NCBI GenBank assembly: GCA_046537975.1
Contig: JBKHJR010000002.1
Span: 35,695 to 99,694, forward strand
Origin: Desulfurivibrionaceae bacterium
GTDB taxonomy: Bacteria > Desulfobacterota > Desulfobulbia > Desulfobulbales > SURF-16
Length of the DNA stretch: 64,000 nucleotides
Reading direction: 5' to 3'
Of this stretch, positions 38,361 through 49,918 are shown piece after piece (position 1 is the first letter of the stretch; each line of letters begins with the position of its first letter). The notes below the pieces were generated by a model. That model was not told the DNA's origin. It saw only the letters and a program-made list of their open reading frames with translations, and ran no database searches. The position numbers and the translations under genes were made by a program.

Positions 38361-38927
38361 ATGATATATATTAATCTGTTACCGATAAGAGATATGCAGA
38401 AGAAGGCCCGGACCCGGAAAGGGGTCTGTATGTTTTTTTTATCTCTGGTCGGTGTAGCAGCTGTATTGTTAGTGATTACTGCCGCTCTTAACAGTCGTAT
38501 AACTGGTCTGGATCAAAATATTGATGATCTCAGGGCTGAGAAACAGAAGTATAATAAGATCCTGCAGGAAATAGAAAAAATAAAAAAAGACAAAAAGAAA
38601 CTGATGACCAAAATCAAGGCCATCAAGACCCTGAAAAGCAGGTCCCAGGTTCCGGTCCGCCTGGTGGATACTGTTGCCAGGGCGGTTTCAAGTCCGGAGG
38701 ACAGCCTGTGGTTGAAGAGCTTCAAGCAGAACGGCGACACTCTTTCCCTGAGCGGGGCTGCCATGGATAATTCCAGGCTTGCCAGATTCATGGATGATCT
38801 CGACGCCTCTCCTCATTTTCAGCAAGTCAACCTTGGCCAGTCTTCCATGACTGAAGTGGCGGGGCGTCATTTGAAATCCTTCAAGCTTACTCTGAAAATA
38901 AACACTGATCTCCTGGCCAACCAGTAA
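38361..38927 (+). CDS. pilN: Type IV pilus assembly protein PilN
   Basis: 188 aa. N-terminal INLLPIR motif, single TM, coiled coil, and its position after pilM. Confidence 0.8.
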   Translation: MIYINLLPIRDMQKKARTRKGVCMFFLSLVGVAAVLLVITAALNSRITGLDQNIDDLRAEKQKYNKILQEIEKIKKDKKKLMTKIKAIKTLKSRSQVPVRLVDTVARAVSSPEDSLWLKSFKQNGDTLSLSGAAMDNSRLARFMDDLDASPHFQQVNLGQSSMTEVAGRHLKSFKLTLKINTDLLANQ

Positions 38928-38990
38928 AAAGGTAAAAAGAATGGATATATTCGCCACTTACCTTACCATAACCTACTGGAGGTACGGTAA

Positions 38991-39623
38991 ATGAGTCCCA
39001 GTTCAGGCAAGATACAAGAGCAGATCACCTCTTTTATCGACGACAAGATAGTCCCTTTAGATCTATCCAAGAAAATCGGGATCTGGCTGGCAGCTCTTCT
39101 AATCCCCTGTTTGGCTTTTTATTTTCTGTACTATACCGGTAAAACCGAGGAGATCGAGAAATTAGAGAAGCAGCAATCCCGCCTGGAGAGCGATCTGGCC
39201 AGAGTGAAAAAGAGATCCCGGAAAATAAAAGAGCACAAGGCGGAAATGAAAGAAGTGAAGACCATGTTTGATATGGCTGCCAGGCTGCTTCCGGAGAAAC
39301 AGGAAATACCCTCTCTTCTGACCAGCATATCGGAGATCGGCAGGTCCTCCGGTCTTGATTTCCATTCCTTTACTCCGCAGAAGGAAAGGAAAAAGAGATT
39401 TTATGCCGAGATACCGGTGAATATAAAAGTCCAGTGTTCCTATCACGAAGCCGGAGTATTTCTGGATAAAATCAGCAATCTTGACAGAATAGTGACCGTC
39501 TCGAATCTGAGTATGGGGGGGGCTAAAAATAAGGGAGGAAAAAATAAGGAAGGAAATATGATGCTTAATACGAGTTTCCGGCTGATAACCTACAGATTCC
39601 TGAATTCTTCGGGAAAGAAATAA
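38991..39623 (+). CDS. pilO: Type IV pilus assembly protein PilO
   Basis: 210 aa. Single TM, coiled coil, then a ferredoxin-like C-domain (IPSLLTSISEIGRSSGL...VTVSNLSM). Strong SD GGAGGT. Confidence 0.8.
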   Translation: MSPSSGKIQEQITSFIDDKIVPLDLSKKIGIWLAALLIPCLAFYFLYYTGKTEEIEKLEKQQSRLESDLARVKKRSRKIKEHKAEMKEVKTMFDMAARLLPEKQEIPSLLTSISEIGRSSGLDFHSFTPQKERKKRFYAEIPVNIKVQCSYHEAGVFLDKISNLDRIVTVSNLSMGGAKNKGGKNKEGNMMLNTSFRLITYRFLNSSGKK

Positions 39624-39710
39624 ATTTAATCGGTGTTTAAGCCCTAACAAGTTTAAAGGTTAAATTATGGATAAATTTCGCAGCATTAAGCCTAAATCAA
39701 AATCACAGTC

Positions 39711-40271
39711 ATGACGTCCGCAATCATGGATTCCATAAGACCATATATTAAATTTTTTCTGTGCCTGGCACTGCTGCTTTTTATAATTAGTCCGGCGGCT
39801 GTTTCCGCTGCACCAAAGGACAAGGCGGACGACTCTGAGCAGGGGAACAGTGAGGAGTACTCCGACCGGGTGCAGGAGCTGGCTGAATTTCTGGAGGAAA
39901 CCGGTTCCGATTTCAGTTATCTGAGAGGGGACCGAACTGATCCTTTCAGCCCTTTTATATCCCAAAGGCCGACAGAAAAGAAAAAGAAAGAGATAGACAA
40001 GGATAAGCTCAAAGGGCTGCGTAAGTTCGAACCCGGTCAATTGAGTCTGGTGGCTATTGTTGAATCCGGTAAAGGGGAGGCAAAGGCCATGGTCCAGAAT
40101 GCCGCGGGTAAAGGATTCGTAATCAGGCCGGGAACCAAAATTGGCAGATATGGTGTTGTCGACAGCATTTCCTCCAATATGGTAAAGGTGAAGGAAACAT
40201 ATGAGATGACCAGTGGCGAAACTCAGACCGAGATCAAAGAAATGCTTCTCAACAAAGAGGAGGAAGAATAG
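39711..40271 (+). CDS. pilP: Type IV pilus assembly protein PilP-like
   Basis: 186 aa. Signal sequence, disordered linker, and a C-terminal beta-domain (LSLVAIVESGKGEAKAMVQNAAGKGFVIRPGTKIGRYGVVDSISSNMVKV). The start could be ATG 39726. Confidence 0.7.
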   Translation: MTSAIMDSIRPYIKFFLCLALLLFIISPAAVSAAPKDKADDSEQGNSEEYSDRVQELAEFLEETGSDFSYLRGDRTDPFSPFISQRPTEKKKKEIDKDKLKGLRKFEPGQLSLVAIVESGKGEAKAMVQNAAGKGFVIRPGTKIGRYGVVDSISSNMVKVKETYEMTSGETQTEIKEMLLNKEEEE

Positions 40272-40273
40272 TA

Positions 40274-42145
40274 ATGCCCCTTAGGATAATTTTTTTCATA
40301 GTTTTTGTAAGCTCCTGCACTTTCATATCTCCGGCCCTGGCAGATAATGCAACCGAGGATGATGGTTCTTTTACAATAGAGGACATTGCCTGGGAGGCTG
40401 AACAGGGTTCCTGGATTTACACACTGAAAGGCAGCCAGGTTCCCACCTTTACCAGATACGAACTTTTTTCACCTCACCGGCTGCGGCTTGATATTGCCAG
40501 AGGTTCCATAATGGAAGGTCTTGATTTACCTATGGAACCTGAAGAGGGGCCGGTCAGCGAGATTCGGGAAAAAACCGTCAATAATACAGAGGTGGATATA
40601 TCCCGTCTTGAATTTTTATTAAAAGAAGATGTTGAATATGATGTGCAAAGCCAGGGCAATATTATTCTCGTCAAGTTGTCACCACCCGAGCAGTCAGAAA
40701 AAGAGGGAGAGGAGTCTGCCGCTGCGGAGAGTGACAGACAGCTTATTTCGGATATCAGTATCAGCAGTAAACCCGAAGAGGGTCTGATCAAGATAGATGC
40801 CGGCGCCCCCATTCATTCCGTTGAGGCCAGCGAGGTGTCCGGGAGTAAGACTGAGCCGCCGCAATTGATAATCGATATTGATTCCGTGAGCACAAAGGAG
40901 CTGGTCAGGCAGGGCCCTGAGGAGTCACTGGTTTCCAGAATCAAGGCTGAACCCTACCAGGACGGAAGCCGCTTGCGGATTGATTCAGCATCCAGTCGTT
41001 TATTCGACTACAAGCTCCTGACTTCTGAAGACGGATTAGATATCAGGGTGCAGACCCGGGAGTCCGGGACCGATAAACTCCTTGCCGCTATTACCGAAGG
41101 CGATGGCAAGAAAAAGAGGGGCTCGGACCGGAAGCCGGAAGAAATTTCCCCCCAGACCAAGATATCCGAAAAGAAAACTCGGGGTCAGGATACGGCCTAT
41201 GATGAAGAGCCCTTTTCCCGGTCAGGCTATTCCGGTGAAAAGGTTACTGTTGATTTTTACCAGACCGGACTTCATAACGTCTTCCGTATCATAGGGGAGG
41301 TAAGCGGCAGAAATATCATTGTGGCAGAAGGAGTGAGCGGAACCCTGACCCTGTCCCTGAACGAGGTTCCCTGGGATTTTATGCTGGACATTATCCTCAA
41401 TCTCAAGAACCTGAATAAGGAGGAACAGTTCAATACCATCATAATTTCGCCTGCGGATAAAAAGTTTGAATGGCCGGGGCAGGGTGACAAAGAGGATCTG
41501 GTCGTCAGCAGGCCTTCCCCTGTCGTTAGTAAAGAAGCTGAAGATACAAGAGGTAAAATGGAAGAGGCCCAGCTTCTGCGCCGTGCCAAAAAGGCGGAGC
41601 AGGCGGGAAATACGAAGGAAGCTTTGAGTTATTATGAAAAAGTTTTCAAGCTTGACCCGGAAAGGGGGGATGTAGCCGCCCGGATCACCAGACTTGCCCT
41701 TACCAAGTTAGAACTTAATGCCAAGGCGGCTCACTATGGTAGAATAGCCTGTCGTCTCAAACCGGAAGAAAAAGAACTGGCATTATTGACCGCAACCGCC
41801 TATGCCAGGATAGGTAAGCCCAAGGAGGCAGTTGAGTATTATGAAATTGCCACCAGCGGGGCGCAACCTTCAGAGCAGGCGTTGAAAGGTTATGCAGCCT
41901 TCAGTGAAAAATACAATAGTCACCGGATGGCCCTGAGGCTCTGGGAAAAGTATGAAGAAATATACGGAGCCTCTCTGGAAACCATGGTAAGCAGGGCCCG
42001 GATCCTAGACCTTCTGGGCAAAAAGGAGAAGGCAACGGAAATATACCGGCGGCTTAAATTGTCCGGCTATGAGATTCCTTCAGATCTGGCCGAATATATC
42101 GACAACCGGGTCGGTAATCGAGGTGATTTTACAAAAGACGATTAG
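40274..42145 (+). CDS. AMIN-AMIN-N0(secretin N-terminal)-TPR protein: the PilQ N-terminal module fused to a TPR domain, with no secretin domain
   Basis: 623 aa. Signal peptide, then two AMIN-like repeats (approx. residues 30-140 and 165-260). A PilQ-N0-like block follows: VTVDFYQTGLHNVFRIIGEVSGRNIIVAEGVSGTLTLSLNEVPWDFMLDIILNLKNL. The C-terminus is TPR-like helices (about 430-600). It starts 3 nt after the pilP stop. Confidence 0.65.
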   Translation: MPLRIIFFIVFVSSCTFISPALADNATEDDGSFTIEDIAWEAEQGSWIYTLKGSQVPTFTRYELFSPHRLRLDIARGSIMEGLDLPMEPEEGPVSEIREKTVNNTEVDISRLEFLLKEDVEYDVQSQGNIILVKLSPPEQSEKEGEESAAAESDRQLISDISISSKPEEGLIKIDAGAPIHSVEASEVSGSKTEPPQLIIDIDSVSTKELVRQGPEESLVSRIKAEPYQDGSRLRIDSASSRLFDYKLLTSEDGLDIRVQTRESGTDKLLAAITEGDGKKKRGSDRKPEEISPQTKISEKKTRGQDTAYDEEPFSRSGYSGEKVTVDFYQTGLHNVFRIIGEVSGRNIIVAEGVSGTLTLSLNEVPWDFMLDIILNLKNLNKEEQFNTIIISPADKKFEWPGQGDKEDLVVSRPSPVVSKEAEDTRGKMEEAQLLRRAKKAEQAGNTKEALSYYEKVFKLDPERGDVAARITRLALTKLELNAKAAHYGRIACRLKPEEKELALLTATAYARIGKPKEAVEYYEIATSGAQPSEQALKGYAAFSEKYNSHRMALRLWEKYEEIYGASLETMVSRARILDLLGKKEKATEIYRRLKLSGYEIPSDLAEYIDNRVGNRGDFTKDD

Positions 42146-42221
42146 GCAGTGTTTATAACGAGGGAAACTACCTTATATTTGGGGCATTATATTTTTAAAT
42201 TTTAATCGGGGTAGCAAGAGA

Positions 42222-43868
42222 ATGAACAGCAGAAAAGACTTCATGAGAAAGAGCTATATATTGCAGATTCAGGCCTTGATAGCTGTCCTTTTAATATTCA
42301 CCTCCTGCGCAGGGCAACAGTCTTCTTCCTTGGAGGACCCGGATGATAAGGCGGACCGTTTTATAGCTAAACATAAGGAAGATACTGAATCCAAGGCCGG
42401 CAAAAAGTCGGGTCAGCTGCCTGAGCGCTTTCAGAAGGCCGATTTTTCCATTGAAGACAAGGTTGAGTCCGATGTTGAGGAGGTGGATATCCCCGTAGGA
42501 GTGGATATCAGGTCCGATCATCCTGTCTCCCTGAGAAAGATAATGAAAAAACTGGTCCAGCTCAAGGGCATGAACGTAAGCTGGGCCAATGACGTGGATC
42601 AGGGGGCTTTGGTGGATGTGGATATCCGGGCCGGAGATAATTTTTTCCAGTCTATTGAGAATCTTCTTGGGCAACTGGATTACTTTCACGAAATCAAGGG
42701 CAATTCCATTCTGGTCAAGCATAAGGATACCCAGGTTTTCCATGTCGCCATGCCTTTTACCAAGGATGATTATTCCAGCGGTGCCGGTGGTGATGTCCTG
42801 GGAGGATCAGGGGGTTCAGAGCATGAATTGACCGGGACCATTCAGCTCACCAGTGAGCAGGAAAGCGAAGGTAGCTTTAATATCTGGTCAAATATCCGCG
42901 ATAACCTGGACCAGATTCTGGAAATCTGGACCAAAAAGGTAGAAACCACTGATGACTCTGCTGGCCAGCAGGGGGAAGGTGAAGAAAACGGGACCTCGGT
43001 TACAACCAACCGGCAGCCGGGTAAGGGGTATTATACCATTGACAGGCCTGTCGGCCTGGTAACAGTAACTGCGCCCAAGTCTCTGCTGGAGAAGGTGGAA
43101 AACTACTTTGACCAACTCAAGAATCAGGTATATCGCCAGATCTCCATTGAGGCCAAGATCGTTGAGGTAACCCTTTCCGAAGATAACAGGACCGGAATTA
43201 ACTGGGAAGATCTGCTGCAGAACAACAGTAACCCCTTAAGTTTCAGTATGGATTTTCAGAAGCTGAATCCCTCATACCAGGGCGATGGTACTCAGAACAG
43301 GTTCCTTACCCTGGATACCCATAACTTCGGTCTGATTATTGACGCCATGAAGGATCAGGGGCATGTAGAGGTACTGGCCAATCCCAGAGTCAGCGTCATG
43401 AATGGTCAGCCGTCCCTTATATCCATCGGAGAGAATAAAACTTTTATTGATAAAGTAGAGGCCACCCAGGAAGAAGGGGTGGTAACCTACAGTGTAACCA
43501 CCAACAAGGTCATGTCCGGACTGGGGATGGGAGTGGTTGCCACCATCCATGATAATAATGAAGTAATGCTCAAGATGACCCCGGTAACTTCCAAAGTCAA
43601 GGAGCCCATAGAATACCGGCAGTTTGGTCAGGAAGGCAGTGAGGTAGGCCTGCCCCAGGTGGCTATCCGGGAACTCACCAGCATTGTCAAGGTGGAAAAC
43701 GGTAGGATGCTGGTGGTGGGAGGACTGATCGACAGCCGCAATGAGTACGGCAATAACCGGGTGAGCTGGCTGCACAGCATACCTGTACTGGGCAAACTGT
43801 TCCGGCAGGACGGTATGAATAAGGAACGTAAGGAGCTGGTTATTCTGCTCAGGCCCAAAATAATATAA
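42222..43868 (+). CDS. pilQ: Secretin (PilQ/MshL-like), probable lipoprotein
   Basis: 548 aa. Lipobox-like IFTSCAG, an N0-like domain (VSLRKIMKKLVQLKGMNVSW...), then the secretin core (ISIEAKIVEV...LANPRVSVMNGQ...IPVLGKLFR...ELVILLRPKII). It has no AMIN domains of its own. Confidence 0.85.
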   Translation: MNSRKDFMRKSYILQIQALIAVLLIFTSCAGQQSSSLEDPDDKADRFIAKHKEDTESKAGKKSGQLPERFQKADFSIEDKVESDVEEVDIPVGVDIRSDHPVSLRKIMKKLVQLKGMNVSWANDVDQGALVDVDIRAGDNFFQSIENLLGQLDYFHEIKGNSILVKHKDTQVFHVAMPFTKDDYSSGAGGDVLGGSGGSEHELTGTIQLTSEQESEGSFNIWSNIRDNLDQILEIWTKKVETTDDSAGQQGEGEENGTSVTTNRQPGKGYYTIDRPVGLVTVTAPKSLLEKVENYFDQLKNQVYRQISIEAKIVEVTLSEDNRTGINWEDLLQNNSNPLSFSMDFQKLNPSYQGDGTQNRFLTLDTHNFGLIIDAMKDQGHVEVLANPRVSVMNGQPSLISIGENKTFIDKVEATQEEGVVTYSVTTNKVMSGLGMGVVATIHDNNEVMLKMTPVTSKVKEPIEYRQFGQEGSEVGLPQVAIRELTSIVKVENGRMLVVGGLIDSRNEYGNNRVSWLHSIPVLGKLFRQDGMNKERKELVILLRPKII

Positions 43869-43875
43869 GACCGGC

Positions 43876-43925
43876 AGTTACGAATTAAGGGATATGATTA
43901 TCCCCCCTTAATTCGTAACTTTTTA
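43876..43925. terminator. Strong hairpin terminator between convergent secretin and secB genes
   Basis: 16-bp perfect stem AGTTACGAATTAAGGG / CCCTTAATTCGTAACT, a 13-nt loop, then a TTTTT tract that overlaps the secB stop. Confidence 0.85.
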
Positions 43926-44402
43926 ATTCTGATTTTCTTTCTTCTGTTGATGCTGATACAGGGCCATGAAATTAACCGGTTCCATCAGAAAGGGCATAAA
44001 GCCGCCGTCAACAGAGACCTGACTCATGATCTGCCTGGTAAAGGGAAACATCAAAGTCGGACAGTCCACGGCCAGTGCCATGGGGACATTTTCATCGGGA
44101 ATGTTTTTCAGGATGAAGACCCCGGCATGTTCCACTTCTATAATGAACAGATTCTTGCCTTCCTTGCCGTTTTTTACCGTACCGGTCACAGCAATAGTGA
44201 CTTCATAATGATCGTCTTCCAGGGCCCGGTGTTTTACCTCGAGGTTGATGTCTACAGTGGGCTCCTGTTTTTCCATAAAGATTTCCGGAGCGTTGGGGTT
44301 TTCAAAAGACAGATCTTTCAGGTAGAGTTTCTGCAGCCTGAATACGGGTGATTCCTGTTGATTCTGCCCTTTCTGGGCATTGCTCTGGTTTTCTTCTGCC
44401 AT
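43923..44402 (-). CDS. secB: Protein-export chaperone SecB
   Basis: 159 aa, colinear with E. coli SecB as I recall it (LQKLYLKDLSFENPNAP...VDCPTLMFPFTRQ...EPVNFMALY). Confidence 0.9.
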   Translation of the reverse strand: MAEENQSNAQKGQNQQESPVFRLQKLYLKDLSFENPNAPEIFMEKQEPTVDINLEVKHRALEDDHYEVTIAVTGTVKNGKEGKNLFIIEVEHAGVFILKNIPDENVPMALAVDCPTLMFPFTRQIMSQVSVDGGFMPFLMEPVNFMALYQHQQKKENQN

Positions 44403-44413
44403 GTTTTATCCTT

Positions 44414-44469
44414 TTAGGGCTGAATTATTTATAATTTCCTGTTGTCTGCTCCCTTGTCCATCTTTCTTT
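44414..44469 (-). repeat. Degenerate copy of the heptad-element middle section (uvrA-secB spacer)
   Basis: TTAGGGCTG...CCTGTTGTCTGCTCCCTTGTCCATCTTTCTTT resembles copy F CTTAGGCTGCTGTTGTCTGACCTCTGTCTTCTGTCTTTT in the same orientation relative to minus-strand genes. It lacks the flanking arrays. Confidence 0.3.
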
Positions 44470-44531
44470 AATCACTAACCTTTTATCTCTCTATCGTTCA
44501 GTCGTCAAGCTTTTTCCTTGCCCCTTGAGCC

Positions 44532-47354
<2,823 letters not shown>

Positions 47355-47367
47355 ATTATATTAGTTA

Positions 47368-47458
47368 CAAGGTGCAAGGTGCAAGGTTTTTTAAATCTAC
47401 GGCTTAGCCCTCTGCCCTCTGATCTCCGCCCTCCGACTTCCGCCCTCCGACCTCAGTC
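47368..47458 (-). repeat. Composite heptad element, copy B (rsmB-uvrA spacer)
   Basis: Plus-strand units in one register: CAAGGTG CAAGGTG CAAGGTT TTTTAAA TCTACGG CTTAGCC CTCTGCC CTCTGAT CTCCGCC CTCCGAC TTCCGCC CTCCGAC CTCAGTC. The last unit overlaps the rsmB stop codon. It fills almost the whole 98-bp spacer. Confidence 0.9.
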
Positions 47459-48802
47459 TCTCACCAGCCGGGCGGCAAAAAAGCCGTCGTTATACTCCCC
47501 GGGGACAAGCTTCAGAAATCCCTGTTCGTCCAGCACTTGGCTGCAGCTTTCAGGCAGTTCCGGAAAATCAGGCTTGAATCGGGGATGTCCGGCAATAAAC
47601 CGGGTGATAATCTCTTCGTTTTCCTCGGGTTCAGTACTGCAGGTGGCATAGACCAGGGTCCCGCCGGAAGGAATAAGTCCGGCGGCCTCCTCCAGAAGGG
47701 CGAGCTGAATGGACTGATAAGGCTGCAGTTCGCTTTCACCGGCGGCAAGATTCCAGCGTATGTCCGGATGACGGCGGATCACCCCCAGTCCTGAACAGGG
47801 AGCATCTATCAGGATGCTGTGGTAATTCTTTTCTGTCTGTCTTCTGAAATCCTCAAGAGTAATATTTAAAGGAGTGATACCTGAAGTCAAGCCCATTCTT
47901 TGCAGGTTTTCCATCAGGAGCTTAAACCTTTTCTGGTTGGGCTCCAGGGCGGTTATACTGCTGGCCGGCGGCACCAGGCTGCTCAGCTGGATGGTTTTAC
48001 CCCCCACACCGGCACAGGCATCAAGGTAGGAGCCGGGCTGAAAAGGGGCCAGCATTCTGGTTATCAACTGGGCCCCTTCATCCTGGACCAGGAACCAGCC
48101 CCGGTCATAACCGGGCAATTCACTGACCCAGCCCCTGTATTCCGGCAGGATCACGGCTTCCCGGACATATGGTCCCGGAATAGCCCTGTTGCCCTCCTGA
48201 GTCAGAAGTTCTATAAATTCTTCCCTGCTGACGGCAGATAGATCAAGACAGAGGGTAAGGCAGGGTTGCCGGTTGTTGTTTTGACATATTTCCCGGGCCC
48301 TGTCCTCGCCATAACGCAGCCTGTAACGCTCATAAAGCCAGTCCGGATGACTGAACCTGACCTGCGGAGGCAGGTTTTCCTCCTCAGGAAGACCGGGACG
48401 GTTACCTTCTCGGGCAAGGGCCCGGAGTACACCGTTCACATAACCTGTCAGCCATTTGGGCTGACCGGCCTTTCTCATTGCCTTTACCGTTTCATTTACA
48501 GCGGCGGAAGGAGGGACCCGGTCCAGGAAAAGGAGCTGGAAAGCACCCAGTCTCAGGGCCTGCAGAGTGAAGGGCTTCATCTTAGGCAGAGGATGACTGG
48601 AAAAGCGGCTGAGGACAGCATCGAGATAACGCTGTTGGCGCAGGACTCCGTAAACCAGGGCCATGACCAGATGGCTGTCCCTGGAATCGGTCAAGCCGGC
48701 CTGATTCAACTCCTGCTCCATGACAGTATCCACCGGTTCTTTTTCCCGGGAGCTCCGGCAAAGGATCTGAATACTTAAGTATCTGGTGCTGCGGGATTTC
48801 AA
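47453..48802 (-). CDS. rsmB: 16S rRNA (cytosine967-C5)-methyltransferase
   Basis: 449 aa. NusB-like N-domain plus a C5-MTase core (DACAGVGGKT, PCSGLG, LVYATCS). It has a TTG start and no SD. Confidence 0.9.
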   Translation of the reverse strand: MKSRSTRYLSIQILCRSSREKEPVDTVMEQELNQAGLTDSRDSHLVMALVYGVLRQQRYLDAVLSRFSSHPLPKMKPFTLQALRLGAFQLLFLDRVPPSAAVNETVKAMRKAGQPKWLTGYVNGVLRALAREGNRPGLPEEENLPPQVRFSHPDWLYERYRLRYGEDRAREICQNNNRQPCLTLCLDLSAVSREEFIELLTQEGNRAIPGPYVREAVILPEYRGWVSELPGYDRGWFLVQDEGAQLITRMLAPFQPGSYLDACAGVGGKTIQLSSLVPPASSITALEPNQKRFKLLMENLQRMGLTSGITPLNITLEDFRRQTEKNYHSILIDAPCSGLGVIRRHPDIRWNLAAGESELQPYQSIQLALLEEAAGLIPSGGTLVYATCSTEPEENEEIITRFIAGHPRFKPDFPELPESCSQVLDEQGFLKLVPGEYNDGFFAARLVRD

Positions 48803-48876
48803 GATTGGTATTCTTTGTAGTGAAATTATTATGGCTCATCCGGATAATAAGTATCTGAATCCGGGTGATTCAATGT

Positions 48877-48932
48877 CTCTGATCTCCGACCTCCGACCTC
48901 TGACCTCCGACCTCTGACTTCCGATCTCCGAC
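48877..48932 (-). repeat. Heptad array, copy C (pgeF-rsmB spacer)
   Basis: Eight plus-strand units: CTCTGAT CTCCGAC CTCCGAC CTCTGAC CTCCGAC CTCTGAC TTCCGAT CTCCGAC. In the gene sense this reads GUCGGAG-type units starting 6 nt after the pgeF stop. Confidence 0.9.
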
Positions 48933-48937
48933 CGGGG

Positions 48938-49699
48938 TTACTGCTTGCTGAGACCTATTACCGCCCCGAAACGGCCGGTCCGGCCTTCCCTGCGGTAGGA
49001 AAACCACTCCGGGCCGCACTTGGTGCAGAGGGCGGCAGTATGAACATTTTGCCCCAAAACCCCGGCCCGGCGCAACTGATCTCTGCTGACCGCCCATAAG
49101 TCAAAATAATCAGGCCTTACCTGGTAGCGGGAGAATTCCCGGGGCAGTTCCTGCCTCCAGTTTTTGAACTCGGCACAGCAGGGACCCAGGGAGGGACTGA
49201 TAAATGCTGATAAGTCAGAAGGCCGGCTCCGGAAACGTTCGGTCATCCTGTGGATGGTCTTACCGATAATATCAGCTGCGTTGCCCCGCCAGCCGCAATG
49301 GATATTGGCTGCCACTCTTTTTACCGGGTCCAGAACCATAACCGCCTGGCAGTCAGCAAGCTGGATCATCAGTGCCGGGCCGGGGACATCGGTTATCAGG
49401 GCATCATAGCCTGGAAATTCCCTGTCTTCCTCCGGTTCCTCTTCAATAACCAGAATGCCGCTGCCGTGCACCTGCCCTGCAGATAACAGCCTCTCTGCGG
49501 CCAGGGATTTTTTGACCCGGTCTCTGTTAGCACGCACGTTGTCGGGATGATCCCCCACACCCAGGCTCAGGTTCAGGGAATCGTAGGGCGGCGGACTTAT
49601 TCCCCCGGAGCGCTTGAATATGCCGTGGAAAAATATCCGGTCAGGAATTTCCGGGGATTCAAGCCGGAACGGAGTAAGGGGTTTGCTGAAGTTGTCCAT
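48938..49699 (-). CDS. pgeF: Laccase-domain protein PgeF/YfiH (purine nucleoside phosphorylase LACC1 family)
   Basis: 253 aa with QVHG, ADCQ and HCGWRG motifs. Confidence 0.85.
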   Translation of the reverse strand: MDNFSKPLTPFRLESPEIPDRIFFHGIFKRSGGISPPPYDSLNLSLGVGDHPDNVRANRDRVKKSLAAERLLSAGQVHGSGILVIEEEPEEDREFPGYDALITDVPGPALMIQLADCQAVMVLDPVKRVAANIHCGWRGNAADIIGKTIHRMTERFRSRPSDLSAFISPSLGPCCAEFKNWRQELPREFSRYQVRPDYFDLWAVSRDQLRRAGVLGQNVHTAALCTKCGPEWFSYRREGRTGRFGAVIGLSKQ

Positions 49700-49785
49700 G
49701 TTTCAAATCAATCGGCTTAACTGTCTGTACTTGAGCCTTAATGCTACCGGAACTGTCTTGCCTTATTCTACGTGTTGAGAACCCT

Positions 49786-49834
49786 GAAAAAAAGAAAAAA
49801 GGACAACCTCCATACCGGAGATTGTCCTTTTCTT
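49786..49834 (-). terminator. Intrinsic terminator downstream of the 49919 outer-membrane gene (bidirectional in form)
   Basis: 12-bp stem AGGACAACCTCC / GGAGATTGTCCT (one mismatch) with loop ATACC. On the minus strand it is followed by UUUUUUCUUUUUUU. Confidence 0.8.
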
Positions 49835-49918
49835 AACGGAGCGCCGGGAACAGCCTGGTTCCCGCTAAAAGATGCGGGAAAAATGTGCTCCCGGAATCAT
49901 ACCTGTAAGGATTTTTCT

